64,000 bases of DNA from Macrostomum lignano (taxonomy: Eukaryota): positions 27,033-91,032 of the forward strand of contig NIVC01003564.1 in the NCBI GenBank assembly GCA_002269645.1. The letters run 5' to 3'. Below, piece by piece: positions 22,601-34,246 of this stretch; position 1 is the first letter of the stretch; each line of letters opens with the position of its first letter. The position numbers and the translations under genes were made by a program. The notes under the pieces were generated by a model. It saw nothing but the letters and a program-made list of their open reading frames with translations. It made no database searches and was not told the origin of the DNA.

Positions 22601-23760
22601 TCTGGCAGATCGACAAGCTGTGTGCTGACTCGCTCATGATTGATCAGCGTGACAGCAAGAGCGACGTGTCTTTGAGAGATAGAGAGACGGAGCAGCTGTG
22701 TGATGCGAGCTGGCTGCATTCGAGAGAGGGTGTCGGTGAGAACAGAGTTCCTGCCTTCGATGGCCATTGCTGCAGTGAACCTGAGGATGGTGGTGGATTG
22801 GAAGAGCCATTTGGGCTCGAGGCCGAGGGAGGCAACTGCATCTTCGCGCAGACGAGAGCAAGCTTTGAGTACGCATTGGAAGCGGAGATTTTCTCTCTGA
22901 TGGGAACTAGAGAGACACGAGATAAGGAACTGGACGATTTGAAAGTGACCATTGTCTGCAGCTTTTTCTGCAGCCTCGATGCAGAAGGCGTCTCTGTTTG
23001 ATTGGTCATTGATTAGTGGTACGAGGAACTCGACGGCTTGAAAGTGACCCATGAATGCAGCATTTTCTGCAGCCTTGATGCAGCAGGCGTCTTTATTGGA
23101 TTGGTCATTAATTAGTTGTACGAGGAACTGGACGATTTGAAAGTAACCACGGATTGCAGCCTCTTCGGCAGCCCTGATGCAGCAGGCGTCTTTATTTGAT
23201 TGGTCATTGATTAGCGGTACGAGAAACTGGACGATTTGAAAATGACCATTCATTGCAGCTTTTTCGGCAGCCTTGATGCAGCAGGCTTCTTTATTTGATT
23301 GGTCATTGATTAGTGGTACGAGGAACTCGACGGCTTGAAAGTGACCCATGAATGCAGCATTTTCTGCAGCCTTGATGCAGCAGGCGTCTTTATTGGATTG
23401 GTCATTAATTAGTTGTACGAGGAACTGGACGATTTGAAAGTAACCACGGATTGCAGCCTCTTCGGCAGCCCTGATGCAGCAGGCGTCTTTATTTGATTGG
23501 TCATTGATTAGCGGTACGAGAAACTGGACGATTTGAAAATGATCATTCATTGCAGCTTTTTCGGCAGCCTTGATGCAGCAGGCTTCTTTATTTGATTGGT
23601 CATTGATTTGTGATACGAAAAACTGGACGTCATCAAAGCGATTTTGAGATGCGGCACGTAGAGTAGCTCGGACGATGTCGCAGAAGTTTGCATGGGTTGC
23701 AGCAGTCGGCGTGATGTTGTCGGTGCTGAAGGCCTGATGGCGGCTTTGATTTTGGCCCAT
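19697..23760 (-). CDS. Ankyrin-repeat-array / cGAS-like (Mab-21, cGLR) nucleotidyltransferase, copy 2 (6 repeat units; about 1147 aa)
   Basis: Exons 23760-22325, 22250-22209, 22133-21799, 21326-19697, with one apparent 1-bp deletion near 20452 (ATG ACG [G]CC ATG). Motifs: GSYAEG...DSDIDW; a third acid in AQDTCHAI; CVHLV...ELRVSFSFQEKDIM; LKTYHAKTLLF; MPHFFMPDAPLY. These match the Mab-21 core and C-terminal helical lobe. With 1 nt restored the exons total 3444 nt = 1148 codons. Confidence 0.85.
22993..23586 (-). repeat. Coding array of 6 x 99-nt ankyrin-like units (3-unit block duplicated)
   Basis: Unit order EKAAMN / EEAAIR / ENAAFM occurs twice (297-nt period). Confidence 0.9.
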
Positions 23761-24693
23761 AGTTCTGGTGAGGGGTGTTGAGGTTAAAAAGCGGTGTTTA
23801 GAAGGAGGAAGGGAACTGAGAGGGAGAAAGGAGGGCAGGGAGGGAGAAGGAGGGGAGGGAGATAAAGAAAGAAGAAGTAGGGGACGGAGGGAGGAGGATG
23901 AGAGGGAGGGAGAAGGAGGGGAGGAAGAGAGCCCTATGAGCTGTCACTGTGCTGGGACCTGAGCACTGTGATCAGTGCTGTGACACTCCTTCTGTCTCCC
24001 CTCCTTCTGCCTACCCCAATACACCTATGAATGACAGACCATAGTGACAGAGACTCGCAGGCCGCAGAGAAGGCGGAACACTCAAAAGCAGACGGACAGA
24101 AATTCCAGGCAGAGCAGGGGGCTGCTACAGAAGTATTAAACGCTGGTTGGAGGGAAGGCTGGGAGAAAAAGGCCAGGTCCGTCAAAGCGCAGCACAGAAA
24201 TGCATAGCAGAGTGCTCTTGCTGGTCAAAGCAAAACAAAAACAGGAGAGAAGTTCCCTGCACAAATAAGCACCAATAAGTAATCTTGACTGCGTATTAAC
24301 CTGGAAGGGAAGGCTTTTCTAAGCGCGAATTTTTCGGGTTCCGGTGTATGAAGGCGTTTTTTCATATTCTCCCAACTTTAATAGAGACTGGGACTGTGGG
24401 ATTACGCTCGTATGAAAGAGTTTACCCACAGTGGGCGCAGCCCATATCTATAATAATCTGTAATAAGAAGTGCTTGTTAAGTGTACAAAGACCTATGTTT
24501 AGACACAGCTCAAGTGTACAGTTAGCCCTCATTTGCCTGAAAGTCTAAAGGAACGCTTGTTCAAGGATGTGATTGACGAGTTGTAAACATATGCAAAAAT
24601 GTGCTGCAATTAACTGTCGTTCTGGCTACTTTCGAAAAAATTCACAGAAAATTCTGAAACAATGCTTTAATTTACGAGCTAACAACGCGTAAG

Positions 24694-24875
24694 TTTCACA
24701 ACGCCTAAAATCGAAAATGCAGCCTCCTTCACAACGCCTAAATTTCATAACGCCTAAAACTGAATGTGAAGGAGCGTGCAAATATTTTAGGCGTTGTGAA
24801 ATTTAGACGATATGAAATTTAGGCGATGTGAAGTGTAGTGGTTTTAGGCGTTGTGAAATTTAGGTCTTATGAAAG
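24694..24875. mobile_element. Foldback/MITE-like palindromic array
   Basis: Three forward TTCACAACGCCTAAA-like motifs face four to five reverse TTTAGGCGTTGTGAA-like motifs. No TSD identified. Confidence 0.55.
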
Positions 24876-25432
24876 CGTCCCCAATTGCAAGCCTAATTGA
24901 CAACTCACTCCAATGCCAGCCCAGCAGACTGGAAGGAACGCAGAGCAGCACTCACCAATTATGAATTCGGCAGGCAGAGACTCGCAGGGCGCGGAGAAGG
25001 TGGAACTTGCAAAAGCAGACAGGAGAGACAGCAGACCGCAGAGGGGCAGCAGTTCAAGCTAGCCAAGAGCAGCGGCGGGCTGCTACAGAAGTACCAAACG
25101 CTGGCTTGGATGTAAGGCTGGGAGAAAAAAGCCAGACGTCAAGGCACAGCACAAAACTGCACAGCAGAGTGGAGGCTTGTCGAAGAGAGTGTACGCAGCC
25201 CTGCACATATGGAGGGCTGACAGGGCCAGGGAAGAAATCTTCTAACCCTCACACGAACCAATGAGTGCATGTAGCTGCATGCAGCGTATTGGTAGGAAAA
25301 GCGTGTCCAAAACTCACACACGAAAGAGGAACCTCCAAATATGATGATAAGGGGAGGCAGCTGACCAGGGAATCCTAAAGACCTGGAAGTGATACTACGA
25401 TATTCATGCCATCGAGGCCGGTCCAACCCAGG

Positions 25433-25566
<134 letters not shown>

Positions 25567-25889
25567 AATCTAGAAATCTATCTAGATTCTAGAAGATATC
25601 TAAGCAAAGCGACTAGCAAAGCGACTCGAAAAAGGAGGAAGGAAGCGGAAGGATTTATAGAGAAGGGGTTGAGTGGCCTGACAGAATAGAGTGCAGAGAA
25701 AATCAGTGTCCAAATAAAGACTGTTTTAATATGAAAGGGGCGCACCGCACATGACTGTACATGATTCTAAACACATGATGACGCACTGTTGAATGCACAC
25801 ATAACTCTTATACCCCTATCGAGCTGCATTTAAGAAGATTTCGTGTGTTCAGAATCAAACTGAAAATCCTCTAATTTGCAAGCATCATA

Positions 25890-26674
25890 ATGGGTTACAA
25901 GTGCTGTGTATTTAGCTGAAAATCTGGCTACGCGTCGCAGAAGACAGAAAATGTGAGCCATTATGCTTTCCCTAAAGACACCAACTTGCGACAGCGCTGG
26001 CTTCGCGCCATTCCAAATGCTGATTTGAATGCTTCCGAATTTTAACGCGTCTGCTCGAAGCATTTCTGATTTTCTGATTTTCTGATTCGAAGCTGCATCT
26101 CATTCGACTGAAAGACGATGCAGTTCCATCACAATTTGAAGGTAAAAAAGCAGGTAAGCAGGTAAGCAGGTAAAAAATCAAAAAGAGCTTCATGGGAAAC
26201 AAAGTCCGCTTAGATGAGGAAATCAGCGACTGTCTTGGCTCCGACGATTCGACGATTTTCGATTTCAGCGATTTGATTCAAAAGCTGGCGCAAGCTACGA
26301 TTCCCTCTGGATTCGTCAGAAGTACAGAAGCTGATTCAGTCTCTTTTTACTTAATAAAAAGATCTCACTCAATTTCAGCTCCTTGTCTGCTTTCCTCTAT
26401 GACAGTACTGCAGGACCTTACCTTCCAAGCCTTCATCTCTAGCCTTTCTTGCTCTGATAGCATGTTTAAACACCTGCTCAAAGATGACTCGCTACATGTG
26501 GGTCAGCTTTCGACTCTAGAAAACATTTTAGCCTTGATTAAGTCTTCGGCTACTGTTGCTGTTGACTCTCGTAATTCAAATGTGTCGTCTGCGTTTGTTG
26601 CAGAAGGCGTTTTAAAAGTCTACCTTAAATCTTTGAGTGATGACTGTGAACTGAGATGTCCGATGATCCTTTAA
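25890..26674 (+). pseudogene. THAP-domain / P-element (THAP9-like) transposase N-terminal remnant
   Basis: Reads MGYKCCVFS*KSGYASQKTENVSHYAFPKDTNLRQRWLRAIPN...RVCSKHF...RLKDDAVPSQF. This has the THAP C2CH pattern, FP, W and the AVPTIF-like box; the second Cys is now TGA (25917). The downstream ORF 26192-26674 resembles the post-THAP region. Confidence 0.75.
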
Positions 26675-27077
26675 CTGTGGTAATTTTGGTTAAAAACACT
26701 TTATGTTCACTTATTAGTCTTACTTATAAAAAGCCTCATGCAAACTTGCGATGAAAGTAGTCGTACGAGTATTTTGTTACAATAATTAAAAAAAACAGGG
26801 AAATGGCTTTTTCAGCGCTGTATTAACGAGTTGGTACTGAGAAGCGTATAGAAAATGGAATGGGCTGCCTTATGGGCTGCCTTGTTTGGTGAATTAGGAT
26901 CGGCCTGAGTTGGATCACCCCCATTTGGACAGTGTCACTTCCAGGTCTTTAGGATTCAATGAGCTGACTGTCTGCTCAAAATTCTCCATAATTTCGGAAT
27001 AGCAAACCCAAATTTGGCTATCTCGTTCTCGTTTTAAAGTTGACCAAATTCTTCACAACTGACACGAATTTTATTGG

Positions 27078-27778
27078 AAGCTGAGCACTAGTGTCACTGG
27101 AATCTGAGAACTAGTGTCACTTGAATCTGAGAACTAGTGTCACTTGAATCTGAGAACTAGTGTCACTTGAATCTGAGAACTAGTGTCACTGGAATCTGAG
27201 AACTAGTGTCACTTGAATCTGAGAACTAGTGTCACTTGAATCTGAGCACTAGTTTCACTGGAATCTGAGCACTAGTGTCACTTGAATCTGAGCACTAGTT
27301 TCACTGGAATCTGAGCACTAGTGTCACTTGAATCTGAGCACTAGTTTCACTGGAATCTGAGCACTAGTGTCACTTGAATCTGAGCACTAGTTTCACTGGA
27401 ATCTGAGCACTAGTGTCACTTGAATCTGAGCACTAGTTTCACTGGAATCTGAGCACTAGTGTCACTTGAATCTGAGCACTAGTGTCACTTGAATCTGAGC
27501 ACTAGTTTCACTGGAATCTGAGCACGAGTTCACTGGAATCTGAGCACGAGTTCACTGGAATCTGAGCACTAGTGTCACTGGAATCTGAGCACGAGTTCAC
27601 TGGAATCTGAGCACTAGTGTCACTTGAATCTGAGCACTAGTGTCACTTGAATCTGAGCACTAGTGTCACTTGAATCTGAGCACTAGTGTCACTTGAATCT
27701 GAGCACTAGTGTCACTTGAATCTGAGCACTAGTTTCACTGGAATCTGAGCACTAGTGTCACTTGAATCTGAGCACTAA
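27078..27778. repeat. 23-nt satellite GAATCTGAGCACTAGTGTCACTT, array 1 (about 30 copies)
   Basis: 23-nt period; each unit carries the palindrome CACTAGTG. Confidence 0.95.
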
Positions 27779-27896
27779 TACCAGTGATAATAATAATAAT
27801 ACAAGGTTTAAAAACCCGTAGACGTAAAAATCTGTTGATAAATTTATAATTCTACGTATATACTCGTACATGTATACGAATGCCCTTTGGTCGCAG

Positions 27897-28824
27897 GTTT
27901 CGTGTCGAACATTGACGCCCTGTCTCTGGCCAAGATCTGCCATCAGCTCAGCAGGCCGGAGCGTCTCGGTGGCAAGCTGGATCATTCAACCGGACTCGAG
28001 CTGCTGGTTGTCAAGGGTGACGCTGTTAAACAGGGTACGTTTTTGTCTGAGCTAAACTGTAGTAGGAAGCTTCCAAATTTTAGACCGAGTCAGTGTAGGT
28101 AAAAATCAATTTCTTTAAAGCCGCTGAATCAATTTACGAAGAATTTTTCTAATTTTTAAAAAAAATACTTTGGGAAGTGCGAGTAAATTTTGAAATCGAG
28201 AATGTACTTTCACAATCGAGAATGTACTTTCACAATCGAGAATGTACTTTCACAATCGAGAATATACTTTCTCACAATCGAGACTGTACTTTCATAATCG
28301 AGAATGTACTTTCACAATCGAGAATGTACTTTCACAATTGAAAATGTACTTTCACAATCGAGAATGTACTTTCACAATCGAGAATGTACTTTCACAATTG
28401 AGAATGTACTTTCACAATCGAGAATGTACTTTCACAATCGAGAATGTACTTTCACAATCGATAATGTACTTTCACAATCGAGAATGTACTTTCACAATCG
28501 AGAATGTACTTTTACATTCGATAATGTACTTTCACAACAATAAATGTACCTTTAGAATCGTTAAATTTCTAAATCGTAAATCGAAAATCGTAAATAAATA
28601 TATTTACTTTAACAATCAAGATGGTAATTCTGCACTTCTTGCACTTCCCTTTATGACCAAACTCAATGAACAATTTCCTTACTGCAGGCAGCCCGTGGGT
28701 GACGGTGTACCACAGTGACCCGCTGACTGAGCGTCAGAGACAGGGTATTAACGCGTGCCTTCAGGTAACCAAGGAGCGGCCCCAGGTGCTGCCCCTAATC
28801 CGTGAGATCTTCCCACAGCATTGA
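27897..28824 (+). CDS. TYMP: Thymidine phosphorylase, last two exons only (C-terminal domain)
   Basis: Exons 27897-28034 (CAG|..|GTACGT) and 28688-28824 (CAG|..TGA), phase 1 to phase 1. They read GFVSNIDALSLAKICHQLSRPERLGGKLDHSTGLELLVVKGDAVKQGSPWVTVYHSDPL..., matching the pyrimidine-nucleoside phosphorylase C-terminal pattern (G.V..IDA / DH.VG.ELL..GD.V..G.PW). Upstream exons were not found. Confidence 0.75.
28197..28545. repeat. 20-nt minisatellite GAGAATGTACTTTCACAATC (about 17 copies) in the TYMP intron
   Basis: Directly visible. Confidence 0.95.
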
Positions 28825-29021
28825 TCGGAAGACGCAGCTTATAATTAAACGTCGATAAAGCGATAGTGAACTTTCATTTTAGCGATTATCATTATCTAAC
28901 AAAAAATGCTGAATTCAAATTAAAGTAGCTAGTATCCAAGTATCCCTCTTTGGCATCTGGACTATTATAACGGGTGATCCAAAAAATGGACAAACTTTGT
29001 AGTGAAACTGTGCCAAGTTTA

Positions 29022-29285
29022 ACTGGAATCTGAGCACTAGTTCACTTGAATCTGAGCACTAGTGTCACTTGAATCTGAGCACTAGTGTTACTTGAATCTG
29101 AGCACTAGTGTCACTTGAATCTGAGCACTAGTGTTACTTGAATCTGAGCACTAGTGTCACTTGAATATGAGCACTAGTGTCACTTGAATATGAGCACTAG
29201 TGTCACTGGAATCTGAGAACTAGTGTCAATTGAATCTGAGAACTATTTTCACTTGAATCTGAGCACTAGTGTCACTGGAATCTTA
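29022..29285. repeat. 23-nt satellite, array 2 (about 11 copies)
   Basis: Same unit and orientation as 27078-27778. Confidence 0.95.
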
Positions 29286-29719
29286 GCATCTCCATTACTC
29301 TCTCTCCTCTTCTATATTTTTCAACATCCCATCTCTTTGCCTCTCCTCTCTTATCCGTCATTTCACCCTCTCCTTTTCACTCCAGCCTGGCCCGTAGCCA
29401 TGTAGCTGGAGTCTCTATCTGCACAACCAAGTGCCGAACCAAGTAAACAAAGCAGGAAAATAATGCCGATTTTATACGAGTATCAGGATAAGCTACTAAA
29501 TTATTACTAATTATTAAAGAAAGATTAACGAAGCAATGAAATAACTCTTTTTTCTCTAGTTTTGAGAAGCTCAATCGCTGCTCTTCATTGCAGCTGATAA
29601 ATGTATGCAACCATCGATAGCACTTTTGAGCAGTCTTGGAGAAGCTGGACAGCAGAGCACAGGTACAGGCAATCATCAAGTTCTTTATTACGGAAGCCAT
29701 TCCCCCTGTCAAAGCAGGA

Positions 29720-29785
29720 GGCAGAGCAGCTGAGCGGTAAACGCACCCGACTCTCGAGCCCAACAAGTCCGAGGTTCGATTCCGT
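29720..29785 (+). mobile_element. tRNA-derived SINE head
   Basis: A-box-like CAGCTGAGCGG and B-box GGTTCGATTCC (29773-29783) at tRNA-like spacing; no full cloverleaf. Confidence 0.55.
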
Positions 29786-30888
29786 ATTTCTCGATAATCC
29801 ACACCCATGAGGACCATAATCCAGTAGCCACCTAGCGTACAGTATTGGCGCGCTTGTCTGTGCTCAGGATACATGGGGCTGAATAATAAATAAGAAATAA
29901 ACAGAAGACAATAAATAGACAGTCTGAAATAAATTTCAATTTTTTATGAGTGTGACTGTAATTTTAGAACAACTACTAAGGTATTCATATTGTATAAGCG
30001 ACAAATTTATTAATAATTTGTATTTATAGGCTCGTAGCGAGAGCGCAAAGCCGTACTTGGGGTCACACTATGCACTTACTGACAAGCAAAACAGACAGCC
30101 AATCAAATCACATCTGTACACTGTAGTAAACAGACAATGGCACCCTATTATATATGATGGCGCCTGAAAAAAGCCTCCCTGCGCTGAGCTTACTACTCAC
30201 AAGCGGTATGTATGGGTGCAAATAAATTAATTTAGTTTAGATTTATTATTGCAAATTTCAGGAAGAGTTCACACAAACCAAGCACAAATTATTAAATAAT
30301 AAACGAGAGGAATTAGCATATTTATTAAACGGAACACAGAAGAGTAAAGAGGATAATTAGGTGATGGTGAAGTGAAAGTAACAGAGCAAGCACAACAGGA
30401 TGTGAATCTTTTCTACTCTTTCTCTAAATTTTAGTCTGCTAGTTGCCTACATAATTTTTGTTCAGCAGGACAGTTTAAATTATCAATAAGTAAAAGTACA
30501 AGTTAGGTGAAATAAAAAAACCAGCACACATTAAATTGAAACTATGCCTTCAAAGTTAACAGCAACTGTCAAGTAATCAACAAGCAGCGCTACAATTTGT
30601 AAACGGAGCACAACATACTACTCAAAAAAGCGGAGGCATCAATTGAACTTTTGGCATCTCATCGGGGCCAAAAGTTGACTTGAACAAATCTGTGATTGCA
30701 AGCATAAATTTGTTTTATTATTAACGATATGAAATCAACATGCTGTTCTTATACTAAAGCACATATACTAGAATAACCTTGATGCCACTCGCAAATAATG
30801 CATTATCTACTTTTCAGTAGCAAAATAGCGTTAGCATAGCGAGCAAGAGATAAAAGGGTCGCGCCCCAGCCCCTAAACAGTTTGGAGC

Positions 30889-31150
30889 TTGTGTCTGACT
30901 TTGACTTCTCTCCTTACCGCTCTCTCATTGGCTGAGCCGGATTGGGCCTGCCTGACTTTGACTTCTCTCCTTACCGCTCTCTCATTGGCTGAGCCGGATT
31001 GGGCCTGTCTGACTTTGACTTCTCTCCTTACCGCTCTCTCATTGGCTGAGCCGGATTGGGCCTGCCTGACTTTGACTTCTCTCCTTACCGCTCTCTCATT
31101 GGCTGAGCCGGATTGGGCCTGCCTGACTTTGACTTCTCTACTTACTGCTC
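30889..31150. repeat. 57-nt minisatellite (about 4.5 copies), 3' of the GPATCH8-like gene
   Basis: 19-aa periodic ORF CLTLTSLLTALSLAEPDWA; each unit has two ATTGG motifs. Confidence 0.9.
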
Positions 31151-31375
31151 TCTCATTGGCTTAGCCTGATTGAGCACTTGTGCACACCGAGATAAATGCT
31201 TGCTGGTAATTAGTCACAAACCCCGCGAGAAGGAGAGGAAGTTTTAGCTGGCACATTAAATTCAAGTGACACTGCGCAGATAAACTACTGAAAACAGAGC
31301 AAACGCTCTACTGTTTCAAAACTTTAATTGCAAGTGACTTGTGACAAGTGGCAAGTGATATTGCCAGAGACTGTC

Positions 31376-34205
31376 TCAGCCATTCCGCTGCAGAAACAGG
31401 GGATTAGCAGCCGAAGCGGCACCGGCTGGAGCCCGCATGAACAGCTGGCCGTTGATGATCACCGGCCCTGTGGCGGCGGCCGCGGCCTGGCTGGTGGCAG
31501 CCGCCAGGTGCTGCGCAGCGGCCAGCGGGTTCAGCGCTGCCGGCGTCAAAAAGCGTTGAAAACCGGAGGCTGATTGGGCAGCCAGCAGGTGCTGCTGAAG
31601 GAAGCCGCTGGGCCCAGCAGCAGCAGCTGCCTGCTGTTGAAGCAGCAGGTTCTGCTGCATGGCCAAGAAGGGGTTGGGAGCGCCTGCGGAGCCGGCGGCG
31701 GAGGTGGCGAGGCCGGGCGGCAGGAAGCGAAGCAGCTGGCCGTGCTGGAGGAACTGCGCTTGATGCTGCAGACCGCCAGCTGCGGCCAGGTGCAGCGCCT
31801 GGGTGGTGGCAGCCACAGTCTGCTGTTGCTGCTGCTGCTGCTGCTGCAAGGCGGCCTGGAGCTGCAGGAAATGCAGCGACTGCAGGGCGTGCGCTGCTGA
31901 AGTTGTCGGGGCGCTGCCGGAGGCTGCCGCGGCAGCTGCGGCGGCTGCCAGTGCGGCGGCTTGCGGCGGCTGCTGAGGCTGTTGAGGCCCAGGAGCTGCC
32001 GCGGGTGTCGGCTGACCAGCGGCCGCCTCGGGGCCCGGTGTTGTCGCCGGCGTAGCAGAAGCTGGCGGCGGCGCCGATGCCGATGCTGCAGAACTGGTCG
32101 CGCCTGGAGCGCCGCCAGCCGCCGCCGCCGCATCGCCAGCTGCCGGCGCCGGAGTCGCTGCGCCAGTTGGCGCCGACGCGATGCTGCCGGGTGTTGCAGC
32201 GGCAGCCGGAGCTGCACTTGCCGGTGTTGTTGAAGGCTGCGGCGGCGCTGTGACGCTGCTCGCGCTTGAAGTTGCCGCTGCAGCAGCTGCGGCCATGGCA
32301 GCCTGAAATTATCAGTGAAGGAAGGAAAATTCAGTAGACTGGTTTCACCGGAAAATTAAATCTACAATTCTACAATAACACTATAAGTGTGAGTTTGAGA
32401 TACGAACCTGATGTTGCATAATGAGATGCTGCAGGTGCTGTTGGCCACCACCCATAGGTAGGTGATGATGCAAGCCAGGCTGATGATGCTGCTGATGCTG
32501 CTGAGCCAGATGGTGCCCGTGAAGAGCTTGCTGGTGCTGAAGGTGCTGCTGGTGCTGAAGGTGCTGCTGGTGCTGAAGGTGGTGCTGGTGCTGAAGGTGC
32601 TGCTGTTGCTGCTGCTGCTGCAGGTGATGATGGTGCTGGGCAAGCTGGGCGGCGTGCAGGCCCAGATGGTGCGGCAGCGCGGCTCCAACGACGCCACCGG
32701 AGCCGCTGACGCCGACACCGCCAATGTTGGCCAGAGACGGCATCCCGGCGCCTGCGGCAGCAGCCGCGGCAGCAGCGGCGGCCATTGAGTAGGCCAAGGC
32801 CGGGTCAACGGCGCCGGCTGCCGCCTGCTGAACAACAGCTGCAGCTGGCTGATGCTGCTGCGGATGCTGCAGATGATGCTGCGGATGCTGCAGCTGGCCT
32901 AGCATCATCGCGGGCGACATCGCGGCGGAAGTCGCTCGCGGAAGCTGATCAGCGCCGGCGGCAGCGGCGGCGGGGGCGGCATCAGCAGCCGGCGAGGCTG
33001 ACGAACTGCCACCCGCCACAGCAGCCGCCTGCAGCCTGGCGTGCTCCTGAGCCCGCTTCATCAGCTCCTGATACTGCTGCTGCTCCTTTGTCGAATAGGG
33101 CGGCTGCATCGCTCGCTGCTGAGCGGTCGCCGATTCCGTCGAGTTTGGCGACTTGGCAGCGCCGCCAAGGCCCAGGCGCTCCGCCATCTCCTCCGGCACC
33201 TGCGGCCCGATGTACGCCGCGTCCGAGCTGCCGCTGCCGCCGCCTCCAGCGCCGCGGTGGCCTCCGCCGCTCTTCGACCTGCCGCCGCCTCCGCCAGCCG
33301 CAGCTGCCGGTCCTCCGCCTTTGCCGCCGCCAGCCCTGCCGCCGTGGAAGTCCTGCTGGCCGGCGGCCGAGCGCCACGAGTCGCCGCCGCCAGACCGGCT
33401 GCCGCGGCCGTTGCCACCGGGAAGGTGCGGCCCGAACACCGGCTGGTCCCGGCCCTTGTCTCCGCCTCTGCCGCCTTGCTGCTGCTGGCCTTTTTTCTTT
33501 TGGTGCTGCTGCTGCTGCGGCCTCGGCTTAGCCACTGGCGGCAGACGCGACTTGTACACCGCGGCTGCAGATTTACCACCGCCGCCGCCCCCTGACCGGC
33601 TGGCGCTGGCGCCGCCTCCGCCGCGGCCGCCTCCGTTTCGGGGCGTCCGCCTCCGCCTGGAGCTGCGATACTGCCCACCGCCACCACCGCCGCCGCCGCC
33701 ACCGCCGCCCGACGATCTCCGATGCCTGCCGCGACCGCGCGATCTCGACCGGGATCGAGTCCGGGACCTCGACCGGCTGTAGGACCGGCCGCGACTGTCG
33801 TCGCTATAAGAGGTGTAAGACGAACCGGATGAGTAGGATCTGGAGTAGGTGGAGGTGCTGTACGATCGCGAGGTGTACGACCGGCTTCGGCTGCGGCTGG
33901 ATCGGGACCTGCTAGATCGGGACCTGCTAGAGCGGGACCTCGATCGGGATCGCGACGTTGAGTATCGGCCGCCTCGCCTGCCGCTGCGACCGCCGCCGCC
34001 ACCGCCGCGTGGCGAACGAGACGAGCGTCGACGGGAACCGCCGCGGCGTCCGCCGCCGCCACCGCCACCGCCGCGGGATCTCGACCGACGCTGCTGGGAG
34101 GATTGGCGTCCTGACTGCTGCTGCTGCTGCTGCTGCTGTTGAGACGATGCATGAGCCCCGTTATTGTTGTTGTTATTGATGCTATTATTGCCGTTTCCGC
34201 TTCCA

Positions 34206-34246
<41 letters not shown>

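Noticed and set aside
28242-28718. 158-aa periodic ORF (MYFHNRECTFTIENVLSQSR)
   Set aside because: A 20-nt minisatellite inside the TYMP intron.
27897-28824. Functional link between TYMP and the cGLR cluster (nucleotide metabolism operon-like)
   Set aside because: Opposite strands, eukaryotic context, only a fragment present; adjacency alone is not evidence.
29720-29785. tRNA gene (likewise 54200-54270 and 60130-60180)
   Set aside because: A and B boxes are present but no complete cloverleaf; these are SINE heads.
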